A stretch of DNA of 64,000 nucleotides from assembly GCA_043228905.1 (NCBI GenBank), contig JBHGNT010000007.1:13516001-13580000 (forward strand). Reading direction: 5' to 3'. Both the position numbers and the translations under genes were made by a program. This DNA comes from Azolla caroliniana (taxonomy: Eukaryota; Plantae; Polypodiophyta). The notes beneath the pieces are model-generated. The model was not told the DNA's origin, made no database searches, and saw nothing but the letters and a program-made list of their open reading frames with translations. The stretch's first letter is position 1, and each line of letters opens with the position of its first letter. Below, piece after piece: positions 1 to 9,459 of the stretch.

Positions 1-734
1 GAGAGGGTGGCTCGCTCCACACCCTCGCCCGTGGTACCGATGTACCATGTTCCGGCCTCCCCGTAGGTCTGCCTCTTCTTCTCTTCCGGATCGGTTATCC
101 GGAAGTTCGCTCTGTCCGGTTCTCATCCGGGTTCGTCCGTCACCCTCTGAATCGTCGGATCCTGTTCTCCTGCCGCAACCGTCAGTATCTTGGTCTTACG
201 TCAGATCCGATGCCGACCGCCGAAGTCTCTAGCCCGGTGTGAGGTGACCCATAGGACCAGACTTCGTTTGCCTTTACTTCCGGATCGGTTGTATTGGCCG
301 TGACCTCTGCGTCCTCGTTGCCACTTTCAGTCTCTTAGGTCTTCCGTTGGTTCTCGGACGCAACCGCCTAAGTCTCAGGATCGAGTGTGGAGGACCCATA
401 TTTCAGTCAACCACCTCTTTCGTTTTCCCCCTCGCTGCCGTTGACCTTCTTTCTTGCGCTTCCCCACCATCTCCCTTCTCTTTCGGTCTCACGTTGCCAC
501 GCCAGCTGAACTGCTGAAGTCTCCGGTCAAGATGTGGGGATACCGATTTTGTAACGACTACCGACGACTCGTTCGAGGCCACCGACCCTTTTAGTGGTGT
601 CAGTGGAAAGTATCCGCTCTATGATCGATCAAGCCCCTCTTGGGCTTGATTCTCTAGGAGAAGCAAAAGAAAAAAAAGATTTTAGAGAAAAAGAAGCCAA
701 AGGAAGAAAGAAAGAAGAATAGAAGAGACGACGA

Positions 735-850
735 TGAAGAAGATGAAGAAGAAGAAGAAGAAGAAGAGAGAAAAGAAGATATAAACCTGTCTTGACTATG
801 AGTGTGATAATAGCAGAAGATAGAAGAAGAAGAAGAAGAAAACGAAGAAA
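735..850 (+). repeat. (GAA)n-rich simple repeat tracts
   Basis: Runs of gaagaagaag at about 735-780 and 822-850. Confidence 0.75.
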
Positions 851-1286
851 TGAGAAACCTATCATGAGTGTGATAATCGTGGACGATTCCTCAATCTATG
901 AAGGCATAATTGTAAATAATTACAATTTGAAGTAGAACATTGTGATCCACACTTACACTGATTTATAGAATAGGGGAATGTCGACATCCATATTACTACA
1001 AGTATTTTAGGATGTGAAATGTTCAAATGTCTTATATACATTTTAGGATGTAGAACTATATTGTACATCACAAAATTCTGTAAACATAGATGTTTTTTAT
1101 AATATTATAGATATTTTTTAGAAAGGTAAATGATTTTCAAATTCTAGAAGTATTTAACGTACTATACGTAAAATATGTAAAATACATATTTTACATATTT
1201 TATAAGTATTTAACATATTAAGAAAACGTATTTAATGTATTTTTAAATTGGGAGGTACTATACGCGTATTAATATGTTATATACGT

Positions 1287-2006
1287 TGTCGTGAAGAAAA
1301 CCGCCCACAAGAGGAATCGGAGGAACAAGGCGTGGGAAACGGCTCTACACACACACGCGCGCCAAGAAGTACCTAAGGACGAAGTAGGTACATACGAGGA
1401 TCCTAGATGGGAAGATTCGGTTGGTATGCAGTCAATGCCAAACGGCCTCTTGACGGACTATAAAAAGGGAAGAGGAAGAAGAGAAGTGGCATCTCCCGCG
1501 GAGAGGACGAAGTGCTGCCGAACCGATTTCGGAGCTTCTCTCACACTCCGGCTTCTCTGTCTTCTGCTCCATCGCGTACCTGTGCAGGTTTCGAGGAGGC
1601 TTGCGCTGTTCCGTGGAACGCCCCGAGTGCGTCCTGCAGCACCTCCGACCTGTTTTCCCTTTCTGTGCGTCGCGACATACAGGGGTCGGCATCTGTTCGC
1701 TGCCTCGTTCGTTTTCGTTAGTATCTATTTTGTGCCCCACCGTGGGTTGTAACACTTTAGTCTGTTATTTTCTTGCATTCATAAGTACATATCTCTCGTT
1801 GTTGCGTCCATCTGCGTCGGCGTGTATTTGTGATCTCTGTTTGTTGGGCCGTGTCCCTGTGCAACCGTCGGTTCTGCGCAATCGGATCTTCGGTTCTGTG
1901 TAATCGGGTCTCTCTCTCTCTCTTACCCCTCTTTCTCTTGCTCTTCGGTTCGAGACCCCCGTGGTCCCTCCTCCTTTCTACACGCAAGGGCGTAGCAACC
2001 CCGACA
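1287..2006 (+). repeat. Gypsy-1 5' LTR
   Basis: tgtcgtgaag...ccccgaca, direct repeat of 7737-8456. Confidence 0.97.
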
Positions 2007-2009
2007 TCT

Positions 2010-2026
2010 TGGTGAACCCGACGTGA
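2010..2026 (+). promoter_or_regulatory. Primer binding site complementary to the tRNA-Trp 3' end
   Basis: TGGTGAACCCGACGTGA 3 nt after the LTR; reverse complement UCACGUCGGGUUCACCA matches the plant tRNA-Trp 3' end as I recall it; same motif in Gypsy-2 (28773-28789, minus). Confidence 0.85.
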
Positions 2027-2049
2027 AAGAGGCGGCAGAAGAGCAGAAG

Positions 2050-4176
2050 ATGAAGGGGGCGGATCTTGCAGAGGCCATGGCTTCGGCCGTGGATCGGATA
2101 GTAAGCGCGCGCGAGGGCACCGGCGCCCTCGATAGAGCTATTGAGGCGGTCGTCGGAACGATCGGTCGATTCACCGGGAAAGATGCCACGAAGTACCTGG
2201 CGTCCTACGGTGCGGAAATGTTAATGCGGGACATTCCGGAAGACAGGCGTCTTGCCGGTTTTCCCCGAGTAGCGATGCCGAGCATCCACGCGGAGGTGCT
2301 CGAGGTGCGGGCGGAGAGCCGTACCTGGGAGGAGTTCGAAGGTCGGCTCCTGGAAAAATACGGACTGGACGACGCGCTCCGGCTTTCGAAGCGAAGCTTC
2401 ATGGAGTGGGTGGAGTCCCCCGGGAAAGGAAGGAATGCGTCGGCACTCCTCCGGGAGTTCGAGGAGAACTTCGCGCGCCTTTCGGCGCTTGACAGGATGG
2501 TCCTGGATACAAGCCGGGTCCTGCTGTTCGTCAAATCGGTTGACGAGAGGGATCGGAGTCACGTGGGCGCCCTGCTAGAAACCGAAGACGGGCTGACAGC
2601 CGACTGGGCGGCGGTCAAGAGAGCCTGCGGCCGTTTCGACAAACGGCGAGAATGGGAGGATGACAGAGCAACCGGGTCGGGCTCAGTCGCGGCGAGGAAA
2701 CTCGAGCCGGCGCAGCCGGTGCGAAGGGAAGAGACTCGGGAATGGCTGGAATCCGGTTCAGCTCCGACCGGCAGGATCAGAGGCTCGACTGGAGGAGCTG
2801 CGTTGGAGGAATTGACGAAGGCGATAAAGGACCTCCAAATCGCGCAGGCCCGAAGGGAAGGAGGCGAACCGGCTCGCGACCGACGGCCGGCGGCAGGAAA
2901 CAGGTGCATGTGGTGCGATGAAGTCGGCCACATTCGGAAGGACTGCGGCGACTTCGCAGAGGCGCTGAGGAACCAGGTGGTGTACCTATGGGAAGGCCGG
3001 GTTCACGCCAACGACACGAGAAGGGCCCTAAACCGAAACGACGGGCGAGGCGGAATGAAGAGGTTGATGGAAGAGGCGGCGGCCCGACATGCGGAAACCG
3101 TCCACTACTCGGCGTCGGCCGGTATTCGAGTCGGGGGCGGCGAGGCCCGAAAGGGAAGCAAAGCCGGATTCTGGCCGACGATGCTGGAAGGCCTTGCCGG
3201 TGCAGGGCTTAAAAAGGAGGAATCGGACCGTGCGGAGAGACGGGTACGGGAGATGACCGGGTGGAGCGACCCGGTCGAGGAAAAGACGGGCTTCGTGGAA
3301 GCCGCTTGCCGGAACTACGAGGCTCTGGTAGAAGAGAAGCGGGTGGGGAAACCCGGGACGACCGGGCCCTCACAACGATACGAGACCCGGTCCGGGCCAC
3401 GACGGGACGAAGCCGGCGGGACCGGTACGCAAGATAAACCCCAGAAGGGCGGATACCGTCTGGGGACGGAGATAGAAAGAACCACGGACTTACGAAAGGT
3501 CCTGGAGGAACGGATCCTCGACAGCAAGGTGGAGCTGTCGCTACGGGAGGTGCTGGGAATCGCCAAGAAGGAGTTCCACGACTCCATCGTGGACTTGGTG
3601 AAACGGAAGAGGCTGTCGACGGAGACAGAACCGGAAAGACCGGTGGAAGTGCGGACGACGCACCTGGACGACATGGCGCTGGAAGACGAGTGGGCGGAGA
3701 GCCACTATTCGCGGCCACACTGGGCCCGAGCGACCACGGAAACCCCGGTGAAGATCGGCGATGTCCAGGAACCGGTGATAGCTTTGGTGGACCACGGATC
3801 GGAGATCAATTTGATGTCCATGGACTTCTATAAGAAGGGCAAATGGCCGATCAACACCAAGCACGGGTGGAAAATAAGGGCAGCAACGCGCGCCACCGAG
3901 GAACTGCACGGGGCCTGTCCGAATGTGCGAGTCAAGATCGGCGACGTCGAGATTGACCAGCACTTCTTCGTGCAGGAGACGTCTTCGCATCCGGTCATAC
4001 TGGGAGAGCCGTACATCACGGCGGCGCGAATGGAGACCAAGGTGCTGGACAACGGTTCGGCCTATGCGCGGGTCAAAAGCCAGGACGGGCGCCATTCGGT
4101 CCAGTTTTTGACGGTTAGGCCGAACCACGAGCGTAACCGCGACTCCCTCGGTTCTGATAACCGAGAGGATTTTTAG
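2050..4176 (+). CDS. gag: Gypsy-1 Gag-protease
   Basis: Open frame 2023-4176, first ATG at 2050; zinc knuckle CMWCDEVGHIRKDC; aspartic protease ALVDHGSEINL...VILGEPY. Confidence 0.92.
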   Translation: MKGADLAEAMASAVDRIVSAREGTGALDRAIEAVVGTIGRFTGKDATKYLASYGAEMLMRDIPEDRRLAGFPRVAMPSIHAEVLEVRAESRTWEEFEGRLLEKYGLDDALRLSKRSFMEWVESPGKGRNASALLREFEENFARLSALDRMVLDTSRVLLFVKSVDERDRSHVGALLETEDGLTADWAAVKRACGRFDKRREWEDDRATGSGSVAARKLEPAQPVRREETREWLESGSAPTGRIRGSTGGAALEELTKAIKDLQIAQARREGGEPARDRRPAAGNRCMWCDEVGHIRKDCGDFAEALRNQVVYLWEGRVHANDTRRALNRNDGRGGMKRLMEEAAARHAETVHYSASAGIRVGGGEARKGSKAGFWPTMLEGLAGAGLKKEESDRAERRVREMTGWSDPVEEKTGFVEAACRNYEALVEEKRVGKPGTTGPSQRYETRSGPRRDEAGGTGTQDKPQKGGYRLGTEIERTTDLRKVLEERILDSKVELSLREVLGIAKKEFHDSIVDLVKRKRLSTETEPERPVEVRTTHLDDMALEDEWAESHYSRPHWARATTETPVKIGDVQEPVIALVDHGSEINLMSMDFYKKGKWPINTKHGWKIRAATRATEELHGACPNVRVKIGDVEIDQHFFVQETSSHPVILGEPYITAARMETKVLDNGSAYARVKSQDGRHSVQFLTVRPNHERNRDSLGSDNREDF

Positions 4177-4235
4177 AGAGGGCTGCCAAGGCGTGGGGCC
4201 GCGACAGTCCGGACACCCCGGGAAAACCCCACACC
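4167..4235 (+). promoter_or_regulatory. Predicted -1 ribosomal frameshift signal (G_GAU_UUU plus H-type pseudoknot)
   Basis: GGATTTT directly before the gag TAG; pol is in the -1 frame and open from 4170; GGGCTG/CAGTCC and GTGGGG/CCCCAC pairings; conserved in Gypsy-2. Confidence 0.8.
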
Positions 4236-7200
4236 TGTACGATAAAACCGAAGAAACCTTGTACCATAGGTAGGGAATTTTGGTTCTCCGACAGCGGAGC
4301 GTGTACGATAGTCGGCATCGGAGGCCGAGAGAAGACAAAGGCGGAGGGGAGACTTCGAGCGTGCGGAGTTCTCGGCCCGGACGAGGGAATCAACGGAGCC
4401 GTGGAGGCGGTCTCATTCGACGACACCTTGGGAATGCTGGGAAAGGTAATCGAAGAAGGCCTTAACGAAGACCGGACGGTACCGGTGTGTTCCGGGGAAA
4501 TGTACGGAGTCATCGCGGACTTCGGTCGAGGGCTCGAGTCAGTTCGGACGGCCCACGTAAGCACCAAGTACAAGACTGTGGACCGGAAGGTAAGGCCAGT
4601 CGCGGCACCCTTACCGGAGGACAGCGCGTCGAGAATCAAAGGGGTTGCATCGGACCCTAGTCTACGAGATCCGGCCTGCATAGGACACACCTTCACCGAC
4701 GAGACGCTCCGAGAGCTCAAAATCGGTGGGGGCGGGTTCCTACTGCCGGCGGAGGAAGACCGGTTTCGGAGAATGCTCGGAAGGCACGGGAAAGCCTTCG
4801 CATTCTCGCCGAAGGAAATTGGGTGCGTTGACCCGACGATCGTGGAGCCGATGGTGATATTCACGGTACCGCATGTACCATGGAATCTCAAGCCAATCCC
4901 GGTTCCGAGAGCTCACATCCCGAAGTTGATGGAGCTGCTGAGGCAGAAAGTTGATATGGGAATACTCGAGCCGTCGAGCGCCCCATATTCGAATCGATGG
5001 TTTACCGTACCGAAGAAAAACGGTTCGTTGCGCTTCATCCAGGACCTGCAGCCGGTCAATCGAGTGACCATTCGGAACGCAGGGATCGGACCGACCATAG
5101 ACGAGTTCGCGGAGGCCTTCGCCGGAAGGTCAATTTACTCGGTCGGTGATCTATACTCAGGGTACGACCAGTTCCAGCTAGCCGTGGAGAGCAGAGACAT
5201 TACGACGATGCGAACTCCCCTCGGCCTAGTTCGGATGTGTACACTGCCGCAAGGAGGGACCAACTCGGTGGCCCACATGGTGAATGCGATGAACAAGGTT
5301 CTGAGGGACTGTATCCCGGACATCACCATGCCGTTTCTGGACGACATCCCGATCAAGGGATGCCCGGTGGAAGAAAAGGACGAGACGATCGGGCCGGACG
5401 GATGCCGGCGATTCGTGGCGACGCACATCGACGACTGCGAGAAGGTGCTGCAAAGGCTAGAGGATGCGAGACTCACCTTCTCCGGGGAGAAGTCGGCCTT
5501 CGGGCAGTCAGAAATCATGGTGGTCGGACACCTGTGCGGACCATATGGCCGGAAACCGTCTCCGGCAAAGGTAGAAGCCATCTCCGCGATGAAGCCCGAC
5601 TGCAGCTCGGTCACGGAAGTACGGAGATTCCTGGGGGCATGCGCGTTCTACCACATGTGGATCCCGCATTACGCACACGTCGCGGAGCCACTGTACGGGT
5701 TGCTGAAAAAGGGGCGAAGGTTCGAATGGCTAGACGAGCACGTGGAATCGGTCCGGAAGCTGAAAGAGGCCCTTGCAGCGGCACCGGCACTCCGGAAGGC
5801 GGTTTACGGGAAGGGTACCCCGGTATTCATAACGGTGGATACCAGTCCGACCGGGATCGGATGGGTCGTGAACCAGGAAGACGAGGACGGCAATCGGTTT
5901 CCGATCCGATTCGGCGCGAAAGTCCTCAGTGAACGGCAGCGAGGATACGCCCAGGTTAAACGCGAACTCTGGGGTATTGTTTCGGCGGTTAAGGCCGACA
6001 AAGACTACCTGATAGGGACAGAAGTGATCATCGAGACGGACTGCCTGCCGATTCTCGGTATGGTTTCCGGATGCGCGACTCCGGACCTGGCGATGCTCAG
6101 GTGGATAGCGTACATCAAGTCCCTGGACCCGGAAATACGACACATTTCCGGGAAAGACAACGCCATGGCCGACATGCTTTCGAGGGCGAGGTTCGGCGAC
6201 GAGGGCGGCATGGTTTCGGAAGACGAAGAAGTCGGCGTAGATTTCTTCGAGGCGGCATACGTAACGACCGACGGGATGAGCACTCCGGCGCTTAACGAGT
6301 TTGACGCGAGCAAGTACGACGAGGAGTGGCTGCAGATCGGCGGGTTTTTGAAGACAATGACGCCCGATGCGTCATGGACGAAGGACGAGGCCAACCGGAT
6401 CCGGAAGAAAGCATATCGATTCTTCCTCCGAGATGGGCATTTGTGGAAGCACCCGAAGAAGAGGAACGGCGTCCCGCTCCGGGTGGTGGCGATGAAGGAA
6501 GAACAGGAGGAGCTACTGGCGGCCTACCACGACAGCCCTTGGGCTGGACACCGTGGAACATGGGCTACGTTTGAGAAACTGAAGGGGAAGTATTGGTGGC
6601 CGGGGCAGTACCGGGACGTGCATCGATTCGTGACAACTTGCGAGAGCTGTCAGATGCACTCCGTGGTCCGACACCGGGACGAGCTTCACCCTACGTACCC
6701 TCCGACCATCCACTTCAAATGGATGGTAGACCTGGTGACGATGCCAATGGGGGTAGGACAGATGCGGTACCTGGTCCTAGCGCGGGAGGATCTGACGAAC
6801 CAGGTGGAAGGCCGGGCCCTTCCGAACAAGACGACCGCGGCCGTATGTCGGTTCCTAATCGAGGACGTGATATGCCGGTACGGGTGCGTCGGGAAGATCG
6901 TGGCTGACCGAGGGGAGTTGGACGCCGAGGAAGCCGCGGAGCTGTTCGATCGGCTGGGAGTCAAACTCTCGCTCACCACTGCGTATAACCCGGAGGCGAA
7001 TGGAAAGGTGGAGCGCGGACACGGGCCGATCGTTAAGGCGCTGGTTCGGGCATGCGGAGGCCAGGTCGGCAACTGGCCGCGCCTTCTACCTTATGCTTTG
7101 TGGGCAGACCGGACCACGCACAGTTCGGTAACCGGGTACATGCCGACGGAGCTCGTGTTCGGCCAGAAGCCGATCATGCCGATTGAACGGACGATCTCCT

Positions 7201-7664
7201 CGTGGGCAACGGTCGACTGGAGGGACGAGATGAGCCGGGAGGAGTTGTTGGCCGCACGCATACGACAGCTCGAGCGGAGACCGGAGGACGTGGCACTGGC
7301 TACGGAGAAGCTCCGGGTGGCGAGGACAAAGAACAAAGCCCGGTTCGACCGAACGCACCGGCTACGACCGAAGAAAATCGACGAAGGTGACTGGGTGCTC
7401 GTCTACGACAGCAGCCTCGACAACCAGCACCGAGCAACGCGGAAGTTCGCACGGAGATGGTTTGGGCCGTACACGGTACAGAGCGCCAACGACAACGGGA
7501 CGTATCATCTGGCGGAACTCGACGGTACGAGAATAGCGATACCCGTGGCCGGGAAGAGGATCAAAGCTTTCAAGAAGCGGCACGACGACGAACCCGACCC
7601 GATTCTCCTGGACAGCAGCGACGACCGATCCGAGGCCGAGGAAGGGCCGGCAGGCGAAGATTAA
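4170..7664 (+). CDS. pol: Gypsy-1 Pol (RT-RNase H-integrase), expressed by a predicted -1 frameshift
   Basis: RT motifs DLYSGYDQ, LPQG, PFLDD; RNase H VDTS...ETDC...ADMLSR; integrase HHCC, DLV/DRG/GKVER, RWFGPY; no stops from 4170 to 7664. Confidence 0.93.
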   Translation, partial: FLERAAKAWGRDSPDTPGKPHTCTIKPKKPCTIGREFWFSDSGACTIVGIGGREKTKAEGRLRACGVLGPDEGINGAVEAVSFDDTLGMLGKVIEEGLNEDRTVPVCSGEMYGVIADFGRGLESVRTAHVSTKYKTVDRKVRPVAAPLPEDSASRIKGVASDPSLRDPACIGHTFTDETLRELKIGGGGFLLPAEEDRFRRMLGRHGKAFAFSPKEIGCVDPTIVEPMVIFTVPHVPWNLKPIPVPRAHIPKLMELLRQKVDMGILEPSSAPYSNRWFTVPKKNGSLRFIQDLQPVNRVTIRNAGIGPTIDEFAEAFAGRSIYSVGDLYSGYDQFQLAVESRDITTMRTPLGLVRMCTLPQGGTNSVAHMVNAMNKVLRDCIPDITMPFLDDIPIKGCPVEEKDETIGPDGCRRFVATHIDDCEKVLQRLEDARLTFSGEKSAFGQSEIMVVGHLCGPYGRKPSPAKVEAISAMKPDCSSVTEVRRFLGACAFYHMWIPHYAHVAEPLYGLLKKGRRFEWLDEHVESVRKLKEALAAAPALRKAVYGKGTPVFITVDTSPTGIGWVVNQEDEDGNRFPIRFGAKVLSERQRGYAQVKRELWGIVSAVKADKDYLIGTEVIIETDCLPILGMVSGCATPDLAMLRWIAYIKSLDPEIRHISGKDNAMADMLSRARFGDEGGMVSEDEEVGVDFFEAAYVTTDGMSTPALNEFDASKYDEEWLQIGGFLKTMTPDASWTKDEANRIRKKAYRFFLRDGHLWKHPKKRNGVPLRVVAMKEEQEELLAAYHDSPWAGHRGTWATFEKLKGKYWWPGQYRDVHRFVTTCESCQMHSVVRHRDELHPTYPPTIHFKWMVDLVTMPMGVGQMRYLVLAREDLTNQVEGRALPNKTTAAVCRFLIEDVICRYGCVGKIVADRGELDAEEAAELFDRLGVKLSLTTAYNPEANGKVERGHGPIVKALVRACGGQVGNWPRLLPYALWADRTTHSSVTGYMPTELVFGQKPIMPIERTISSWATVDWRDEMSREELLAARIRQLERRPEDVALATEKLRVARTKNKARFDRTHRLRPKKIDEGDWVLVYDSSLDNQHRATRKFARRWFGPYTVQSANDNGTYHLAELDGTRIAIPVAGKRIKAFKKRHDDEPDPILLDSSDDRSEAEEGPAGED

Positions 7665-7720
7665 AGGCGGGCCGGTTTTCTCCGTGCCAACTTAACTTGG
7701 CGCATGCCGGTGGATGCGCG

Positions 7721-7736
7721 GTTAGGTGGGGGCGGA
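7721..7736 (+). promoter_or_regulatory. Polypurine tract of Gypsy-1
   Basis: gttaggtgggggcgga abutting the 3' LTR; equivalent tracts abut the Gypsy-2 and Gypsy-3 3' LTRs. Confidence 0.8.
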
Positions 7737-8456
7737 TGTCGTGAAGAAAACCGCCCACAAGAGGAATCGGAGGAACAAGGCGTGGGAAACGGCTCTACAC
7801 ACACACGCGCGCCAAGAAGTACCTAAGGACGAAGTAGGTACATACGAGGATCCTAGATGGGAAGATTCGGTTGGTATGCAGTCAATGCCAAACGGCCTCT
7901 TGACGGACTATAAAAAGGGAAGAGGAAGAAGAGAAGTGGCATCTCCCGCGGAGAGGACGAAGTGCTGCCGAACCGATTTCGGAGCTTCTCTCACACTCCG
8001 GCTTCTCTGTCTTCTGCTCCATCGCGTACCTGTGCAGGTTTCGAGGAGGCTTGCGCTGTTCCGTGGAACGCCCCGAGTGCGTCCTGCAGCACCTCCGACC
8101 TGTTTTCCCTTTCTGTGCGTCGCGACATACAGGGGTCGGCATCTGTTCGCTGCCCCGTTCGTTTTCGTTAGTATCTATTTTGTGCCCCACCGTGGGTTGT
8201 AACACTTTAGTCTGTTATTTTCTTGCATTCATAAGTACATATCTCTCGTTGTTGCGTCCATCTGCGTCGGCGTGTATTTGTGATCTCTGTTTGTTGGGCC
8301 GTGTCCCTGTGCAACCGTCGGTTCTGCGCAATCGGATCTTCGGTTCTGTGTAATCGGGTCTCTCTCTCTCTCTTACCCCTCTTTCTCTTGCTCTTCGGTT
8401 CGAGACCCCCGTGGTCCCTCCTCCTTTCTACACGCAAGGGCGTAGCAACCCCGACA
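7737..8456 (+). repeat. Gypsy-1 3' LTR
   Basis: Direct repeat of 1287-2006. Confidence 0.97.
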
Positions 8457-8760
8457 ACGTACGGTATTTGTATCGTACCTAACAACCTTGGTCCAGATCT
8501 GCCTCGGTGGTCTAGCACAACAGTACGGGTCAATCCGGACAACGATTTGCACCAGAGAGAAACCACCATCCTTCTTTGACCTACAATTTATGTTGATGGT
8601 TGAAGAAAACCATGTGATTGGGTCAAGGACCACTCAATCAGACAACTGGATGTTGTACATAGAGGTAGATCGGTCCCATGGGTGTGGAGGATGAGGTGGG
8701 TTGGCACACAATAGCGGCAGCCGGCAAGACCAGAATTGGAGGCACAATGATGGTGCCAAC

Positions 8761-9459
8761 TGTTGGGAATATGTCCCTCTAGTGGGAGGAAGAACCGACT
8801 GATCGGAAAGCCGACAGTCGATGACAGGGAAGATCCGACTGTTTGGAAAGCCGACAATTGAAGAGTCGAAAACAGTGAGTTGACTGTTTGAAGATTCGAC
8901 TATTATTATTCTAGTAATAATAATAATCATGATGTGTGGAAACAAGTCCCTCCAGATGGGAAAGAGAGAGGAGCCGAGTTCGGCCTGGGCCGAAACCAGA
9001 AACGTGTATATATATCCAACTCAGGAGACTATAATTGTAAATAGTCTAAGTGTGCGCCCCATGAGGGCTACGTATGTAAATAACCAGAAAGTTGCGTAAG
9101 TATATATGCAACTAGGGCAAACTTTTAGTTATGAATAGAGTTAGAACAGCAGAAGTAGAATGCAAGAGAGCATGAGAGAGAGAGAAGTGAAGAGCCACGC
9201 CATAGTTGTGTGTGTAACAGCAGACGCGAAGAGCCCTGTGCAGCTGATGCACTCGAAAGAGAGTGTTGTAATCTTCTCACTATTGTATATCCACTATTTG
9301 TATAGTGAAGAATCTGTTCTCGTGGTTTTCCCCGTTTTAGGGTTTCCACGTAAATCTCTGTGCACTATGTGTGTCTTGTTTTTTTGGCATTTTCTATGAT
9401 TTGTATTTCAGTGCGTAGTTCCTTCATTGTGATTTATATTCCGCAACGATTTCTCAACA
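8761..9459 (+). mobile_element. Solo LTR (Copia-B related) inserted in Copia-A gag
   Basis: tgttgggaatatgtccctc...ctcaaca; TSD ccaac/ccgac (1 mismatch); start resembles the LTRs at 38826 and 42068. Confidence 0.85.

Larger units (their letters stand above)
1287..8456 (+). mobile_element. Gypsy-1: full-length, apparently intact Ty3/Gypsy LTR retrotransposon (no chromodomain)
   Basis: 720-bp LTRs TG...CA at 1287-2006 and 7737-8456 with one visible mismatch; ACGT TSD (1283-1286, 8457-8460); PBS; PPT; gag-PR then RT-RH-INT order. Confidence 0.97.
550..8484. mobile_element. Candidate LTR (~760 bp: 550-1286 plus 8461-8484) interrupted by Gypsy-1; element body would extend left of the window
   Basis: TGTAAC at 550 and CTAACA at 8484 (TG...CA ends). 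AT-rich sequence is continuous across the Gypsy-1 insertion and switches abruptly to Copia gag at 8485. No canonical PBS/PPT seen. Confidence 0.35.

Noticed and set aside
1291-2015. ORFs within Gypsy-1 LTRs (also 7726-8579)
   Set aside because: No recognisable domains; duplicated only because the LTRs are
4401-4403. GTG as the pol start codon
   Set aside because: The frame is open 77 codons further upstream to the slippery site
2205-7583. Many antisense and alternate-frame ORFs over Gypsy gag/pol
   Set aside because: Shadow ORFs of GC-rich coding sequence
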